A stretch of DNA of 64,000 nucleotides, taken from the NCBI GenBank assembly GCA_001949185.1, contig BDGG01000012.1, forward strand, positions 302,973 to 366,972, in the 5' to 3' direction. The position numbers were made by a program, and so were the translations under genes. A model generated the notes under the pieces. It made no database searches. It was not told the DNA's origin and saw only the letters and a list, made by a program, of their open reading frames with translations. The DNA comes from Ramazzottius varieornatus. Lineage: Eukaryota; Animalia; Tardigrada. Positions 26,201 to 38,196 of this stretch are shown here, piece by piece (positions within the stretch are counted from its first letter, which is position 1; every line of letters begins with the position of its first letter).

Positions 26201-28451
26201 AATTCGCATACGAACTTGAACCGCGATAAAATTATTTATATGAATCTTTCGATTTTACGGTAAAAAACGGATGTTCATTGAACAGATTTTATGATTGTGT
26301 AGTATTCGAAATACAGAAGACTTTTCTTGTTGTCCACACATTCAGGCTACATTTTTGGTTAGTTTTGAATGAGGTTTATCTGGTGCAACGAGAGAAATAA
26401 TTCCCGTAAATTTAAAATACACGAAAGGTTGCGATCTTCATAAACTGCGACTGGGAAAAAATCGTTTCCACAATCTCGACGAGCTCGCTCTCGAAACTGT
26501 TTTGCCGAAGAACGGTTACGGGGAGATCTAGCCAGAGCACTGACCTACCACTTCTGAAGAAAAATTTCCGTATTTCTATATGGCTGTCGCGCTCCAAAAC
26601 TTCCCCTGTTTCACAATTAATTTATCATAAAGGAAGTGTACCGCACAACTGGCCAAGTCAATTACTCAACACGCATGTATTATGAAAGGTAAAACAGTTG
26701 TCCTCAAATACGAAATGATTTTTCATGCTAAATGAAGCTGCGGGAAGATGACAAGATTTTTTTTCTGACAATGGATACGGTAGAATCTCGTTCTGCCGCT
26801 CTTTCAGACAAGACCACGATCGGATACTTTCTCTTTCTGGGGCGATCTTCATCACTTCTGGGAAGTCTTTCTGGCTGAAAGGTACCGAGGGAAATGTTCT
26901 ACGACGTCAAAATGTAATGGGATAGACCAGTAGGGAGTGATAAAGTTTCGAAGACATGGTGGCAACTTTGCGTGGCCGCACTGTATTTTGGCGAACCTCG
27001 TTGCTCATCATGTTAAATTTTGTACTGTATGATCAATGGCACTAACCGTATCATCCTTAGGTTTCATTGCTGTCTTGGTTTGTCTCTGCATCTTCATCTC
27101 CGTGTTCATCCACATCCATTATTACATCTACCGAGAGCGTTACCTCACGCTCCGTGATGATTTTGTCAAGTACGTGATTGACAAAATCTTTCTGCAAACA
27201 AATCATTTCTAAAACAACTTAGTTTAATGACGACGAATTAGTGCAACTTCCGTACAAATACCACTTGTATGGAAAAAGACCGTACTTCATCTTTGTAGCT
27301 GTCACCTTCGGAACCTCATTAGCGACCCAGAGGACAATATCATCTGCTTGGGCGAGATGAATATGGACTTCGAGACCGTCGAACTCGGAGTCCATCTGGC
27401 GCTCCACTTCATAGCCGGCATTGTGTTCAGCTCGTGGGTTTGGAGGCAGAACCACCTTAAATTGTGGGTGAAAACGATAAAACGGTGAGTGCACACTTTC
27501 ATCGAAGACATACCTTGTCGCACTCACCTGATCGACTGCCTTTGCAGAACAATGAAGCAAGCCCGGTCCGCCATGCAAAAAATGTCGACCGCTTCCTTTT
27601 CCCAAGAGTTCTCCGAGACCGCACCGCCACATCTCGCTTCCGCACCTGTTGCGGACGGTGTGGTCAACTCGTCTTTCGAGCCAGATACTCCCGTAGCCGA
27701 AGTCCACCCGCGTCCCACCTTCACCGTCTCCGCCTACAACTCCTCAGAGTCCCTTTACGACCTAGCTCCAGCTCCGCAGACCCCAGTCTACTCTCGTTCC
27801 CAGTCCGCCACACCTTCCTTCCATGACACCGACTCTGTAGTCAGCATCACAATGACGCCCGTTGTCGAAGAAGAAGTCGAGGACCGCTTGTCCAACTGGC
27901 AAGACCGAGCTCGACAGTTACGACAAGAACAACGGAAGGTTTCCTCAATGGCCAACTTCAACAGCCGAAAGATCTCATCATCGGACCTACCTGCCATGCC
28001 TCAACGCGTAAGATCGACGGACTACCTACGTAGCATCTCCATGCATGATGGATTGATGAATATGGGAGAAGCACAAAGTACGCTGAAGACAAGGAAGCAA
28101 CGAAGACAAGGAAGAGTAGAGTTCTTCAAGCAGGGACGACCAAGCTCCATGGTTTCACCTGTAAGAAGCATCAGTCAGATTAGCGAAACCGGAAGTGGCG
28201 GAGATCAAGACGAACGACTACAGACGACACCTACTCAGACGAGTCTTCAAGTTCCTGGACCGAAGAAGAGTATCCTGAAGAATCGGTCACCGTCGCCAGC
28301 TCATCCGCCACACCCAAGTCCGGACGAAGGAATCGATGTGGAGAGGGTGGAGGCCTCACCGGAAGAAAACCTAACAAAAGCTGATCTTTCACAGAAACTC
28401 GGCTGTGTGCATACTCCAACTTTTACGGACAAATCGATCCATGAATCATGA
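23203..28451 (+). CDS. smo: Smoothened-like class F GPCR, paralogue B (multi-exon, long C-tail)
   Basis: Signal peptide; divergent CRD KNHHDCWNHVQPVAFAVGLQKC; linker CPYPLVPSSDP..FCGLQCENAF; WRNLKKYPDQCLLFINVCFIMSGIGWAIQF..CAEDGTERMGEP; CLVTFILIYYFTMAAAIWFVSMTYCW; FHIAAWVTP; IDGNHISGICFIG; TM7 GIVFSSWVW; ~300-aa final exon. Confidence 0.92.
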
Positions 28452-28717
28452 TACTAATACAGTGAAAATATTAGTACTAAAGAAACCGTATCATGCGATA
28501 CATCCTTATAACACAAATAAAAGCAGTACAAGTAAACTCGCAATAATTTATTAGGGCAAAACCTCATCTAAACCCAACCCCAAGCCTAAATCCCGGCCCC
28601 AGGGTTTTAAATGTGACCAGTTCTGTCGAGTGGCTTTGTCTCGCAATAAAATATATTTTACGGTGTCATTTTCACTTTTCACTGCAAGCGAAACACTTTT
28701 GTAGTCCAGGTATCGGT

Positions 28718-29008
28718 TTAAAGTACGGCTAAAATAATTGTAGCCGAGAGAAGAAATAGCAAGCCGAAAATGATGTAGAGCATTGTAAGGTAGCACCTCT
28801 CGCTACAACACTCGGCCACGAGACCTTGCGCAAGCATCGTCTCGTTGCCGGTGGTGTTAGCAGGGCAAACCTGGTTGCCGATACCCTCAGCGGACACCGC
28901 CCACACCGACATCAACCCTATGAGGAAGACGACAACTTTCTGGCTAGTGACCTCGTAAATCCTGTCGGCCACGGTGCTGTACGAGGAGCGAGGCCCTACT
29001 TTGGCCAT
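28718..29008 (-). CDS. Putative small membrane protein (96 aa)
   Basis: Hydrophobic VVVFLIGLMSVWAVSA, sequons NTT and NET, CC-x3-C, then hydrophobic C-terminus YLTMLYIIFGLLFLLSATIILAVL. Confidence 0.4.
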   Translation of the reverse strand: MAKVGPRSSYSTVADRIYEVTSQKVVVFLIGLMSVWAVSAEGIGNQVCPANTTGNETMLAQGLVAECCSERCYLTMLYIIFGLLFLLSATIILAVL

Positions 29009-29479
29009 GAGAATACTTTGTCCAGTCAAGTCCTGCAGGTGGCAATGTTGGCTTCCTGGCTGGGTTGAAATCAGCTGATCACGTTTACCGCCATAAGGCG
29101 ACCGATGAAGAGTGGACAAAGTTTTAGCCCTTCTGATTTTCCGTAGAAATCAAGGTAGAAGTCAATGTGCACCTACCGCATGAGCACCTTGTTTCTTTTT
29201 TGGAAGTCACACATGACTCATTAAGCGATGTTGCGATAGATTATCTTCCCAAGCGGCGCACTGCGCTTCACATCGCTATATCTTCCTGAAGCGTGGACAG
29301 ATTTCGCTAATTTCACCCTCGAAACGTAGCTGAAACTTTATTCATGATTTTCAGTTCCATCCATGGAAGAGATAACTACCTTCCACAGGCGCTTTCACCC
29401 ACACAACCGCTTTCGGTTTGACAGTTACACTTCCGATGACGTCATGCGCCACCGGAAGACGAGACGCCAGGTGGTTAAC

Positions 29480-31500
29480 CCAGCTTAACTTTCCTCTACG
29501 TCATACCTTTCCTTCCGTTGGCTCTCAGAATCAAGAAGTAGTTCCGCAAAGAATTCCGCAAAGATCAGTAAGAGGCAAGAGAGATCATGCAACATTGAGC
29601 AGAAAAGAAGGGCAGCCTTCATTGGTAGTTCACAGTTAAACGAATTTCGTAAAGCAAAGCGTTTTCGCGTGGAAGTGAACAAAGTTTTAGCCGTTCCGAT
29701 TTTGGAGGAGAAAGGTAGTGTTACGTCATCATCAGCCTTGGGCACGTCTGGAAATGCGTGTTCCTGCTCGGTCGGGCGCATATGTGTTTACATGGCCCAG
29801 CTTGTTGTGCCCTCTGCAGAGAGCGTGTTCCCTCATACCAAATGAATTCTCGAACGACTTTCATTCTGGAATTTCTCCCGTCCTGATCTTCCACTTATTC
29901 TCACTTTTGAGTGGACAGAAATGAAGCTAAGTGTTCGAAGATTCTTGCGAATAATTTTGGGATTTCGATAGCGGAAGGTTAGTGAGAAATCGCCAGCATG
30001 GGTTCGCCGAAGGATGACTGAGGCAGACTGCCTGTTTCCCTTGTGTACTCGTACAATGGTTTGCGCGCGAGTTAGACTGGCCTGGCGACAGATACTCGCT
30101 TCAATGGATCGCAAATCGGAGAAGCGTCTATCGTTGGCGGAATACATCAGCGGCACAAGTTCCTTGATCGATAAAGCTGATTCATATCTGGAACACGTTT
30201 ACCCGATATACATTTATCGTTTCGAACAAAGTCTCCTCTGCGACGACCACACGCTCACTGTTGGCATTCTACGAGGACGTTTAACACCTAGAGCACTGCG
30301 CGATTTCGTGCTTTCAGAATACGATGCGGGAAAGTCACTTTCGCCTTGTTTTAACTGGTTAAAAATAGGGGGCGGTGCCAAATCCGACCAATCAGCACCT
30401 CATCGATTGGGCAAAATTTTGGAATATGATGTAGAGGGCGCCACCTGCCAACTCAAAACGACCAGGCTTCAAGGTTTTTTTAATGACCGCTGGGCAGATC
30501 TTTCCACGAATCTGAAACTGTCGCAAGATACTAAAATGTTTGGGCTCGCGCAACAATCATCTTGGTGACTCTGGACCAACTGAGAGCCTGGCTGGAAAGT
30601 AATTTGCTGGCTACGCCGAAATCCCGTTAAGAAAGGAAAAAAATTCCACACAAGTTTGCAGAGCCAGTGTCCAGTAGGCGCTAGTTTTTAGTTTGAAGAA
30701 GGGTTGATTGTCCGGGCAAACGGAAAAAAACGGGGAGCAAAAGGTAAACTGGAAACTCACTCAAGGTGTTAATGGAGGTTCCAAGTTCTAATCAGTTTCA
30801 CTGCTTTCGCAATGCTTTTCAAAGTGTACATACTACGTCGACGAGTAACTTTTCATATCTAAGTATTCCCTGTGATGAGAATGGCAGACATAAATATAAG
30901 GACGATGTGGAAGACGCGGACCTGGACTTTCGTCCCAAGTATGTCAGACTGATCAAACTTCGAAAGACAACGCTCAACAAGACAACTGAGACGCTTGACT
31001 CCAAAGCATCTTTTAACCGAATGCTCGGAATCTCAAACGTAACTTTGCTCTTTATGCAACACATCGATTCTTTGGTGAATGCGGGCCCGAATTTGTACCG
31101 TGGTCCGTGGTCAGTACACGGTACGTATTATATGGACAGAATGTTCGGCACTCTCAAGGTGGAACCTTATTAGACACCTTTTCCCTTACGATGCAGTGTG
31201 TAAGAAAACTTTTTGAGCTTCCGTCGAGTTCTTACGCGGGTTAAATCAGTTTGCTCAGTTCAGTTGTGTAGGAAATGCGGAAGCAAATGTGGGACGTCGG
31301 AACAATAAAGGGCCAGAGAACAGGCGTGTGTCGACAGCAAGTTCGAGGACACTTGGCTAGATGCCACTGAAAAATGGAAAGTTGGCAAATCATCCGGGCC
31401 AAGAACGCTTAGGAGGCGGTCGCTGCCAACAGAAAATAGAAAGAAAGCGGGGGCAGAGCCTCCATCCGAGCTGCGTCTGTGTACCCAGCTGACTGCATAT
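29480..31500 (+). pseudogene. Decayed coding-like region, possibly a CACTA/EnSpm-like transposase remnant
   Basis: Broken ORFs 30014-30568 and 30766-31173; GPWSVHGTYYMDRMFGTLK loosely resembles the GP..W.Y.MER..G.LK motif of CACTA transposases. Confidence 0.3.
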
Positions 31501-31821
31501 ATTCACCTTTGATTGCTGGAACAGACCATAAGGCTGCGATACGTACTTACCAATGTCACTTATTCAACCAAACCCATTAAACCGAAAATCGCTTAGACGT
31601 CTTGGCGCGCGCTGTAACCCACAACCGGACAACAGCTGATTTGTGCGAAAGCATTCAGTCTCATCGTAGTAGCCCAATCTGACGTCACATTCTGGCCCGT
31701 TCAGACTTCCAATTTTCCATTTTCTATTGGCATCCAGTCACTTGGTCCGAGGCGAGGGCCAGAGAGAACCGATCGTACTGTACAGTAAACGAGAAACCAG
31801 AAAGACGCAAAGGTAGTATTA

Positions 31822-33111
31822 CAGCCACTGGCAGCCAAGTGTTCACTTCTCATGAAAAAAGTTCTTACTTCCTTCAGACAACAGATAACCTCTTCATTTA
31901 ACTTCTACATGACCACCGTGTCTGTCCAGCATCGTTTGGACACGACCTTGCCAAGAGGAAAGCGTACTCCGAATTTCAGCGATATCATAACTTTCACAGA
32001 CTTTTTTGATAACGCTAATGAGGCCTTTTATGATGGTCGCCTTCCGCTCAGACAAAATTCTCTTGAGATTCCCGTTGATCCCGTAGTCCAAAGGGGCTAA
32101 GTCAGGGCTGTTCGCCATCCAAATCTCCTTCGGAATATACTTGACACGATGATCTTTGAGGTGCTGGATGGTCAGCTTGGCCGTGTGAGATGGAGCACTG
32201 TCCATGCGGAAGATGACATCTTTCGCCGAATTCCCGTAGAGCCTGGGAATGTCTTCATGGATCATCTTCGAAAGGATTTCATCAATGAAGTACTGGGCTG
32301 TCACCTTGGCAGAGCCGTTTACGACGTAGGCGCGCGACATTCCGAACCAGCAGATTCCAATGGCGATCATGACTTTCTTGGGCCACCGCTTGGTCGTCTT
32401 TTTCTTCCATTCTTCAGGAATTTCTGCCGATCCATCAGTCCAAAAGTGGTCTGTATCCACATTGCAGTCATCAAGACTGATCCAAGTCTCGTCCATAGTG
32501 AAGATATGACGGACTTTGAATGGACCTAGATACGAGATAAAAAGCTTCCCCCGCTCATACCTCTGTTTCTTCTGGGCTTCCGTGAGGTCATGCAGTTTCC
32601 TCTTCTTGCGCACTTCCAATCCAAGATTCTGGTGGATCATCCGGCCTACACTGCGGATAGATACTTGGAGCTTCTTAGCAATCTTCTGTAGCGAGTCAGG
32701 ATTCTTTTTGACGACAGCTTTCTTGACTTTGTTGACATTGTCCTGGGTGCATGCAGAGGGAAGGTTTTGCGGAGGAAGACGTTTCGCCGGTTTGGTCCAT
32801 CCATTTCTCTCCTTTTCTTTCTCCTGGCAAATCTTGAGCACTGTGCGACGACTCAGTGAAAACCCTTGGCTGGCAAGACTCTCAGAAATTTTAGGGTAGG
32901 TGAAACCTTGATCGCGTAAAGCGATCACCAAGGAAGATGTTTCAAAAGAAGTTTTTGCAGGCATGTTGAAAGATTGTTCTTGGAAAAGTTGTTCAAACGA
33001 TAATGGAAGGATCGTTTTTTGATTGATCAGCTGAGATGGTTGCGCAATAGGTACAGGGATTTTTGTTTTGAGTCGCGTTTTGTAAAGTGAACACTTGGCT
33101 GCCAGTGGCTG
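31822..33111 (-). mobile_element. Intact Tc1/mariner transposon, DD37D (maT) family, 1290 bp
   Basis: Perfect 27-bp TIRs CAGCCACTGGCAGCCAAGTGTTCACTT; TA duplication at 31820-31821 and 33112-33113. Confidence 0.95.
31894..32964 (-). CDS. DD37D transposase, 356 aa
   Basis: Starts MPAKTSFE; HTH-like N-terminal region; triad TMDETW / RMDSAPSH / SPDLAPLDY with 37 residues between the second and third Asp. Confidence 0.93.
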   Translation of the reverse strand: MPAKTSFETSSLVIALRDQGFTYPKISESLASQGFSLSRRTVLKICQEKEKERNGWTKPAKRLPPQNLPSACTQDNVNKVKKAVVKKNPDSLQKIAKKLQVSIRSVGRMIHQNLGLEVRKKRKLHDLTEAQKKQRYERGKLFISYLGPFKVRHIFTMDETWISLDDCNVDTDHFWTDGSAEIPEEWKKKTTKRWPKKVMIAIGICWFGMSRAYVVNGSAKVTAQYFIDEILSKMIHEDIPRLYGNSAKDVIFRMDSAPSHTAKLTIQHLKDHRVKYIPKEIWMANSPDLAPLDYGINGNLKRILSERKATIIKGLISVIKKVCESYDIAEIRSTLSSWQGRVQTMLDRHGGHVEVK

Positions 33112-33177
33112 TAGTCCTCCTCGCGACAGGCCATAAAACTCCGTTGATTGTGTTGATCTTGAAAGTGGATTACGAAG

Positions 33178-33227
33178 TTTCGCTTTCAAGATAAGCAGCC
33201 CTCGAGTAGCTTATCTTGAAAGCGAAA
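33178..33227. repeat. Perfect 19-bp-stem inverted repeat
   Basis: TTTCGCTTTCAAGATAAGC - 12 nt - GCTTATCTTGAAAGCGAAA. Confidence 0.9.
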
Positions 33228-33589
33228 ACGGATTATTCTCTGCACACTTGACTCAATTTCAAACTTTCACTTCTCCGCTGATTTCTGTCTGCAGTGCTTC
33301 GCGTTGCGACTTGCGAGATACCGTTTCACTTATGGACTTCTTGATACCTATTAGTGTCGGGGATATCTACAGACATAGACTAGCCAGAGAGAAAACCATG
33401 AATTTCAGCCTAGTCACGAGGCAAAGTTTGCCTACAAACCTACCCCACAACTCGCGCATTTCCGCTCCCGTTTCCGACTTTCAAAAGACCTCACTCACGA
33501 CTAATTTCCGTTGATCAAGCAAACTCAAATTTCAAATCGACCGTCTGCGACATAAACAGCTCGTCGTGAGGAGGACTAATGTTTCACTC

Positions 33590-33891
33590 GGCATGTTCTA
33601 AAAGCTGGACTGGACGCAGTACGTGGACAATGTACGGAAGTCCGCTGGACTGCTGGATTGTACAGCTATACTGGATACTGTCGCTGGACAGATTTACTGG
33701 ACAAACATTTCCGCAGGAGTCTTATATTAGTATGCAAATTAAAGCTTCGAAATACCCTTATTTCATATGGAAAGTAAGAAATATTTTCTTACTTTGGTGG
33801 GTTCCTGCGCACCTTCTAAAAATGTTTGTCCAGTAAATTTGTCCAGCGAAGTTGTCCAGTACACCGTCCAGTCCAGCTTTTAGAACATGCC
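33590..33891. mobile_element. Mutator-like MITE
   Basis: TIR GGCATGTTCTAAAAGCTGGACTGGACG, internal CTGGAC repeats, 9-bp flanks GTTTCACTC / ATTTCACTC. Confidence 0.8.
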
Positions 33892-35242
33892 ATTTCACTC
33901 TGGCAAAGCCAAGGACCACTGTGCGTAATTTTGGGGGCGGGCGCACTCGTCCTGTGTAGACCTTATTCTGGGCCCGCTGTTTTGTGAAGCTGGTCTTCCT
34001 GGCGTTACATTTCGCCGACACCCTGTTTGTGCAGCTGAACATGCATACAGCTCAAATAAGACTCCACCGTACTGTCGAGTTATATACATGGCCGACCGGC
34101 GCCTCGAGATATTGAAAAAACCGCTTGTTATACAGTAGCACTTCAAAATTGGCATGGTACTCACAGCGGGGCGACAATACAAGAGAAGCGCGGACGCTGC
34201 GAAGGACAACTTTCACAAGTACAGCCCGAACGGGCCAGGTGACTACCACCTATAAAATTAGAGTGTTCTCGACCACCTTCCCGGTCAACTTTGAAACCAG
34301 TTTCTAGTGATTTGACAGCCATTTTGCTACCACAAAAACAATCATCGGCCAGAAGTATGTTCACAAGAAGTCAGAATCGAAAGGAAACCAGGGAAGGTTC
34401 AGAGACGAAATTGCACCCAACTTTTGCAGCTTTTGGGATCTTTTCCCAAATTCCTTTTTTCAGTTCTGCCTCGAGATCCTGCGCTAGTTTTGCTAAAAAC
34501 AACTAGAGCAGGGACCCGGCTGTAGTCAAAAGCACGAATCCACCGTTCACGGCAAGAGCAACAATCTTTGCGGCGGAAGAGGAATTCCCGGCAAACGGAC
34601 ATATTTGAAGGTTTTAATTCTTTTGCCAAGTTTGTTCAGCGTTACTGGGATATTTTCTGGTTTAGAATGATAGCTAAATAGTTGCACGTGCGTGCGTTGA
34701 GATTGAATTGGAAACTGCTAATCGAGTATAGATTCTTAGAGCTATGGTTTTTTTCGGACAAAATACCTTCCCCACCGGAAGTCATACTGATTAACTTTGC
34801 CAAACTGTTTCTCTCCCGATGCGAATGTGCTATATTTTAATGGGAAACACCTTAAAAAATTGTGCGAAAAGTGCGAAGGACGGGACGAAAAGAACGTACA
34901 CTTATTTGTTTTGCAGCGCTTTGCGTTAGGTAGTAGTCACTTGGCCTGTCCGGGCTGTACTTTTCCAATTTTTCGCCTTCCCGAGCGCACTACACTCTCC
35001 TTTTCACCATCCTGTTATCTATTCGGCATTCTTTGTCGAATGGTAGGTCTAGATTGTGGTTCGGAAGAGGGACTGAATTTAAAAAGAATTATGCAAATGT
35101 CAAATCTCGCAGGTAGGACTGTACTATGCACTGCCTTACACAGCACACACACACGTCGCACACACTGAAAAAGAGTTATGCTTATTTCGAATGGAGTTCG
35201 GGCCAGTCTAGCAAAATTATAAGCTCAAGCCAAGGTATCAGT

Positions 35243-36498
35243 TTATGTTTTGGGAGGAAAGAGTTTTGCCAGGATAGCAGACGATAGACCACTGCCCGAA
35301 TGTCTACCAGTACCAGCCAAACGTTTCGTTGCCTTCTTCGCCTTAGCTTTGGTATATTCTTCATCAGTCAGTCTCTGACTTACTTCGAACGTCTTTAGCG
35401 GAGCGAACGGTTTACCTTCCTCGGCCTTCCTCGCCTGCATTTTGTCGAGGATCTTACTCTTTTCGACATTCTTGTTGAAAAAGTTGGACTGTCTCTTGGC
35501 TTGGGCGATCTCTTGCCTTATCCGATGCTGCCTTGTCATCTTCTCGTGCGCGAGTCGTTCCGTTAAATGATTCCATTTGAATCTCAAAATGGAAAAACAA
35601 ACTTGAGCTATGATTTTGATTATGATTTATGATACGAGCAGCACTTACCTGTGTAAATACTTGATGTTCCATAGCGATCCATGATAGGGTGTGCGACGCT
35701 TCCCTCCGACTTCCTTGTTGTTCAAAGACTCAGCTACTTGTTTCGCTGTCCTCTTACTGACGAACTCTACCCAGCCCTCCAAATACTTCCTGTTGTGTTT
35801 AATCGAGTCGTTATTTTTCCTCCTGCTCTGGACAGCGCCTGCGAAAACAAATGAATACAAATGGGATGCCGCCAGACGAAACATACAAGATCGTTTTCCC
35901 AAGTAGCGCACGCTTCCGACCTATAACAATGACATCGAGCGCTAGAATCTAGTCGACATTGTCTTTCAAGTTCACTAATGACTTTCTTCGTCAAAGATTT
36001 TAGAAATATTTCAAAATACCTTTCAAATCTGGTTCCAGATAAAGCCGTCCAATTTTTCCATATTCGCTCATGATTTCTCTTAGTTTGGCGACATTCATGC
36101 CAGGAGGAATGGTACTCAGGTAAACCACACCGCTTTTCTTAACACGGGATTCGACGTTTAGTGCTGCGTCTCGCAACTTGTTCTTCCGGCTCGCAGAGAT
36201 CAGCGCTGAATCGTCGTCTGAATCTCCTTCGCCTTCCGACAAGTAATCGTACTCATCAGCACCGTCTTCATCCTCTTCACTTCCTCCTTCTTGGGTATTA
36301 TCTTCGCTGGCTCCACTGCCGTCTTCGTCGTCGGGTACCAAACTTGATGATTCTGTGTCAGTCTCGCCTTTTTGATGTTCCGCATCCATATCGGATTCTC
36401 TGTCACGTCCTGCAAGAACCAGCATTTATCACGAGCAAAAAGCAGTTCCGTATTACTCTCTGGCTCAGCTAAAAACGACACAGCAGCCTACCATCCAT
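35243..36498 (-). CDS. ABT1: Activator of basal transcription 1 / pre-rRNA processing ESF2
   Basis: Acidic N-terminus; RRM SGVVYLSTIPPGMNVAKLREIMSEYGKIGRLYL; YLEGWVEF..AKQVAESLNN..WNIKYLHRFKWNHLTE. Start at 36498 (mini-exon) or 36389. Confidence 0.92.
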
Positions 36499-36774
36499 CT
36501 CCGTATGCACCGTAAGCGTAAGTAACCCACAAAATTGATCCGCTCTGCAGGTTCTTCCTGACTCGTTTCTCAGATTTTCGGCAGAGGTCAAAGGAGGGCT
36601 GAATGAGCTACTCGTACCGAAACGGGAAGAAGACGTATGAACAGAGGAACATCAAAGATCATACAGTACTCAAAGTCAAAGACAACTGAGGAATCTCGTG
36701 GTCAATCAAGATGGAAACGCAAATCAACCGTGACCTGTGAGCCATTCGCAATTACTTACGTAAGCGGACCAGGT

Positions 36775-37909
36775 TAGTGATGTTCTAATATAGCAATATT
36801 TTATTAAAGTAGATGATAGTAGATGGCTTCAGGATCTACTATATCTGGTAATATTTAGTAAACAGAACTGGACACCGAAACCCGATATTAACATTTTAGT
36901 AGTTTGAAACTAGGGTCCAATATTTTATTACTATTAAGATGTTTATCACTTGTATTAAAATATATTTTGATACCCGCAACACTACCGCTGATTCGAAGAA
37001 CCGGTTGATTTGCTAAATTCTAATGCGTGTACGCTGGTTAATGGTCATGCGGCGACGACTTATAGTTACTGTATGCTCTCCCAAAATTCACGTACGTCAC
37101 TGACTCTCAAATCATTAACGTCTTACCGTCTAGTTTTACACTCTGAATGGAGTGACGTACGTGAATTTCAGGAGAGTATACAGTATAGGAAAAGGCAGCG
37201 CACTATACCGGCTGCACAGTCTTGCTCTGAGTCGCTTGCTCATCTGACGTCAAGCACGTGAATCCCACAGTGCGCGCATACTTTTTCCCAGTGCGCAGTA
37301 TGCGCTCCTCCCCCCCATCTCAGAAATAACTGTGAGACTGTGGGACTGCCTTTCCGTATAGCTATAGTGCAACTACGCCTCACGAAGTGCACTAGATCCT
37401 AATGATGCTACCACACCAGCACAGAGGGGCTAATGCAGATGCATACGCGTACACCATGCACCTACACATAGCGCCACACACTAAATCGCAATGCCGCAGA
37501 GCGCAGGTGCACGGTGCAAGCAGTAGTACAGGCATCGATACTGTTTACGACAAAGTATCTCATTTGTCCTCCAGCTTGTTAGAGAACCCCGGGCCGCCGC
37601 CGCGAGCAAAACCTACAGTTTTAAACCTGCAGTGTTATTCTAAACATTTTTGATTCTTCGAGTAAACGTTTAGTAGGCCTCTGCTGACACAGATGCCTCT
37701 GATACCATGTGCTAAGATCTACTGGCGAGCTCTCCGTTATTGAAATATATATTTTAGTACCAAACCCACAGGAGTTCCACTATGGTAATATTTTATTAAA
37801 TCAGGCAGAGGTTCTACTATAGTAACTGCAAATTATCAAGACTTCGGTGGACGGCGGATGTTTATTTATATTATATTCACTGCCATAATCACATATTAGA
37901 ACATCGCTA
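36775..37909. mobile_element. hAT-like non-autonomous element, relative of 18044-18712
   Basis: TAGTGATGTTCTAATAT ... ATATTAGAACATCGCTA; both AT-rich arms resemble the 18044 copy. No clean 8-bp target duplication. Confidence 0.8.
37069..37183. mobile_element. ~115-bp MITE, copy 3 (inverted), nested in the hAT-like element
   Basis: Reverse-complement match to 14081-14195; TA flanks. Confidence 0.85.
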
Positions 37910-38196
37910 GTGGACATGGTAGACTACTGGGTGACCGGTAATGCACGTACAGTACACGGAGGACGAGAAATTATGGTACAGTAAAAATTAGGGTGCAGTT
38001 TAGTCGGATTTTTCTGGCCTGGTTTTTGACTGGCTGTTCAAAACGTGACGTATTAGCACGTTGCAGAACTGGGCACAAGCCAGCAAAACTTATTTTGTCT
38101 CGAAGCATTAGGTTTTTTGGGCCACGTGGTCCCTAGCAAGTCCGCGTTGTTGCACGTGTGCTCAGCGGAGAACAATCGTGTACTTAGTGCTCTGCG

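Noticed and set aside
32965-33189. 75-aa N-terminal extension of the transposase in the ORF track
   Set aside because: It starts at a non-ATG codon outside the TIR; the ATG at 32964 gives a typical transposase length.
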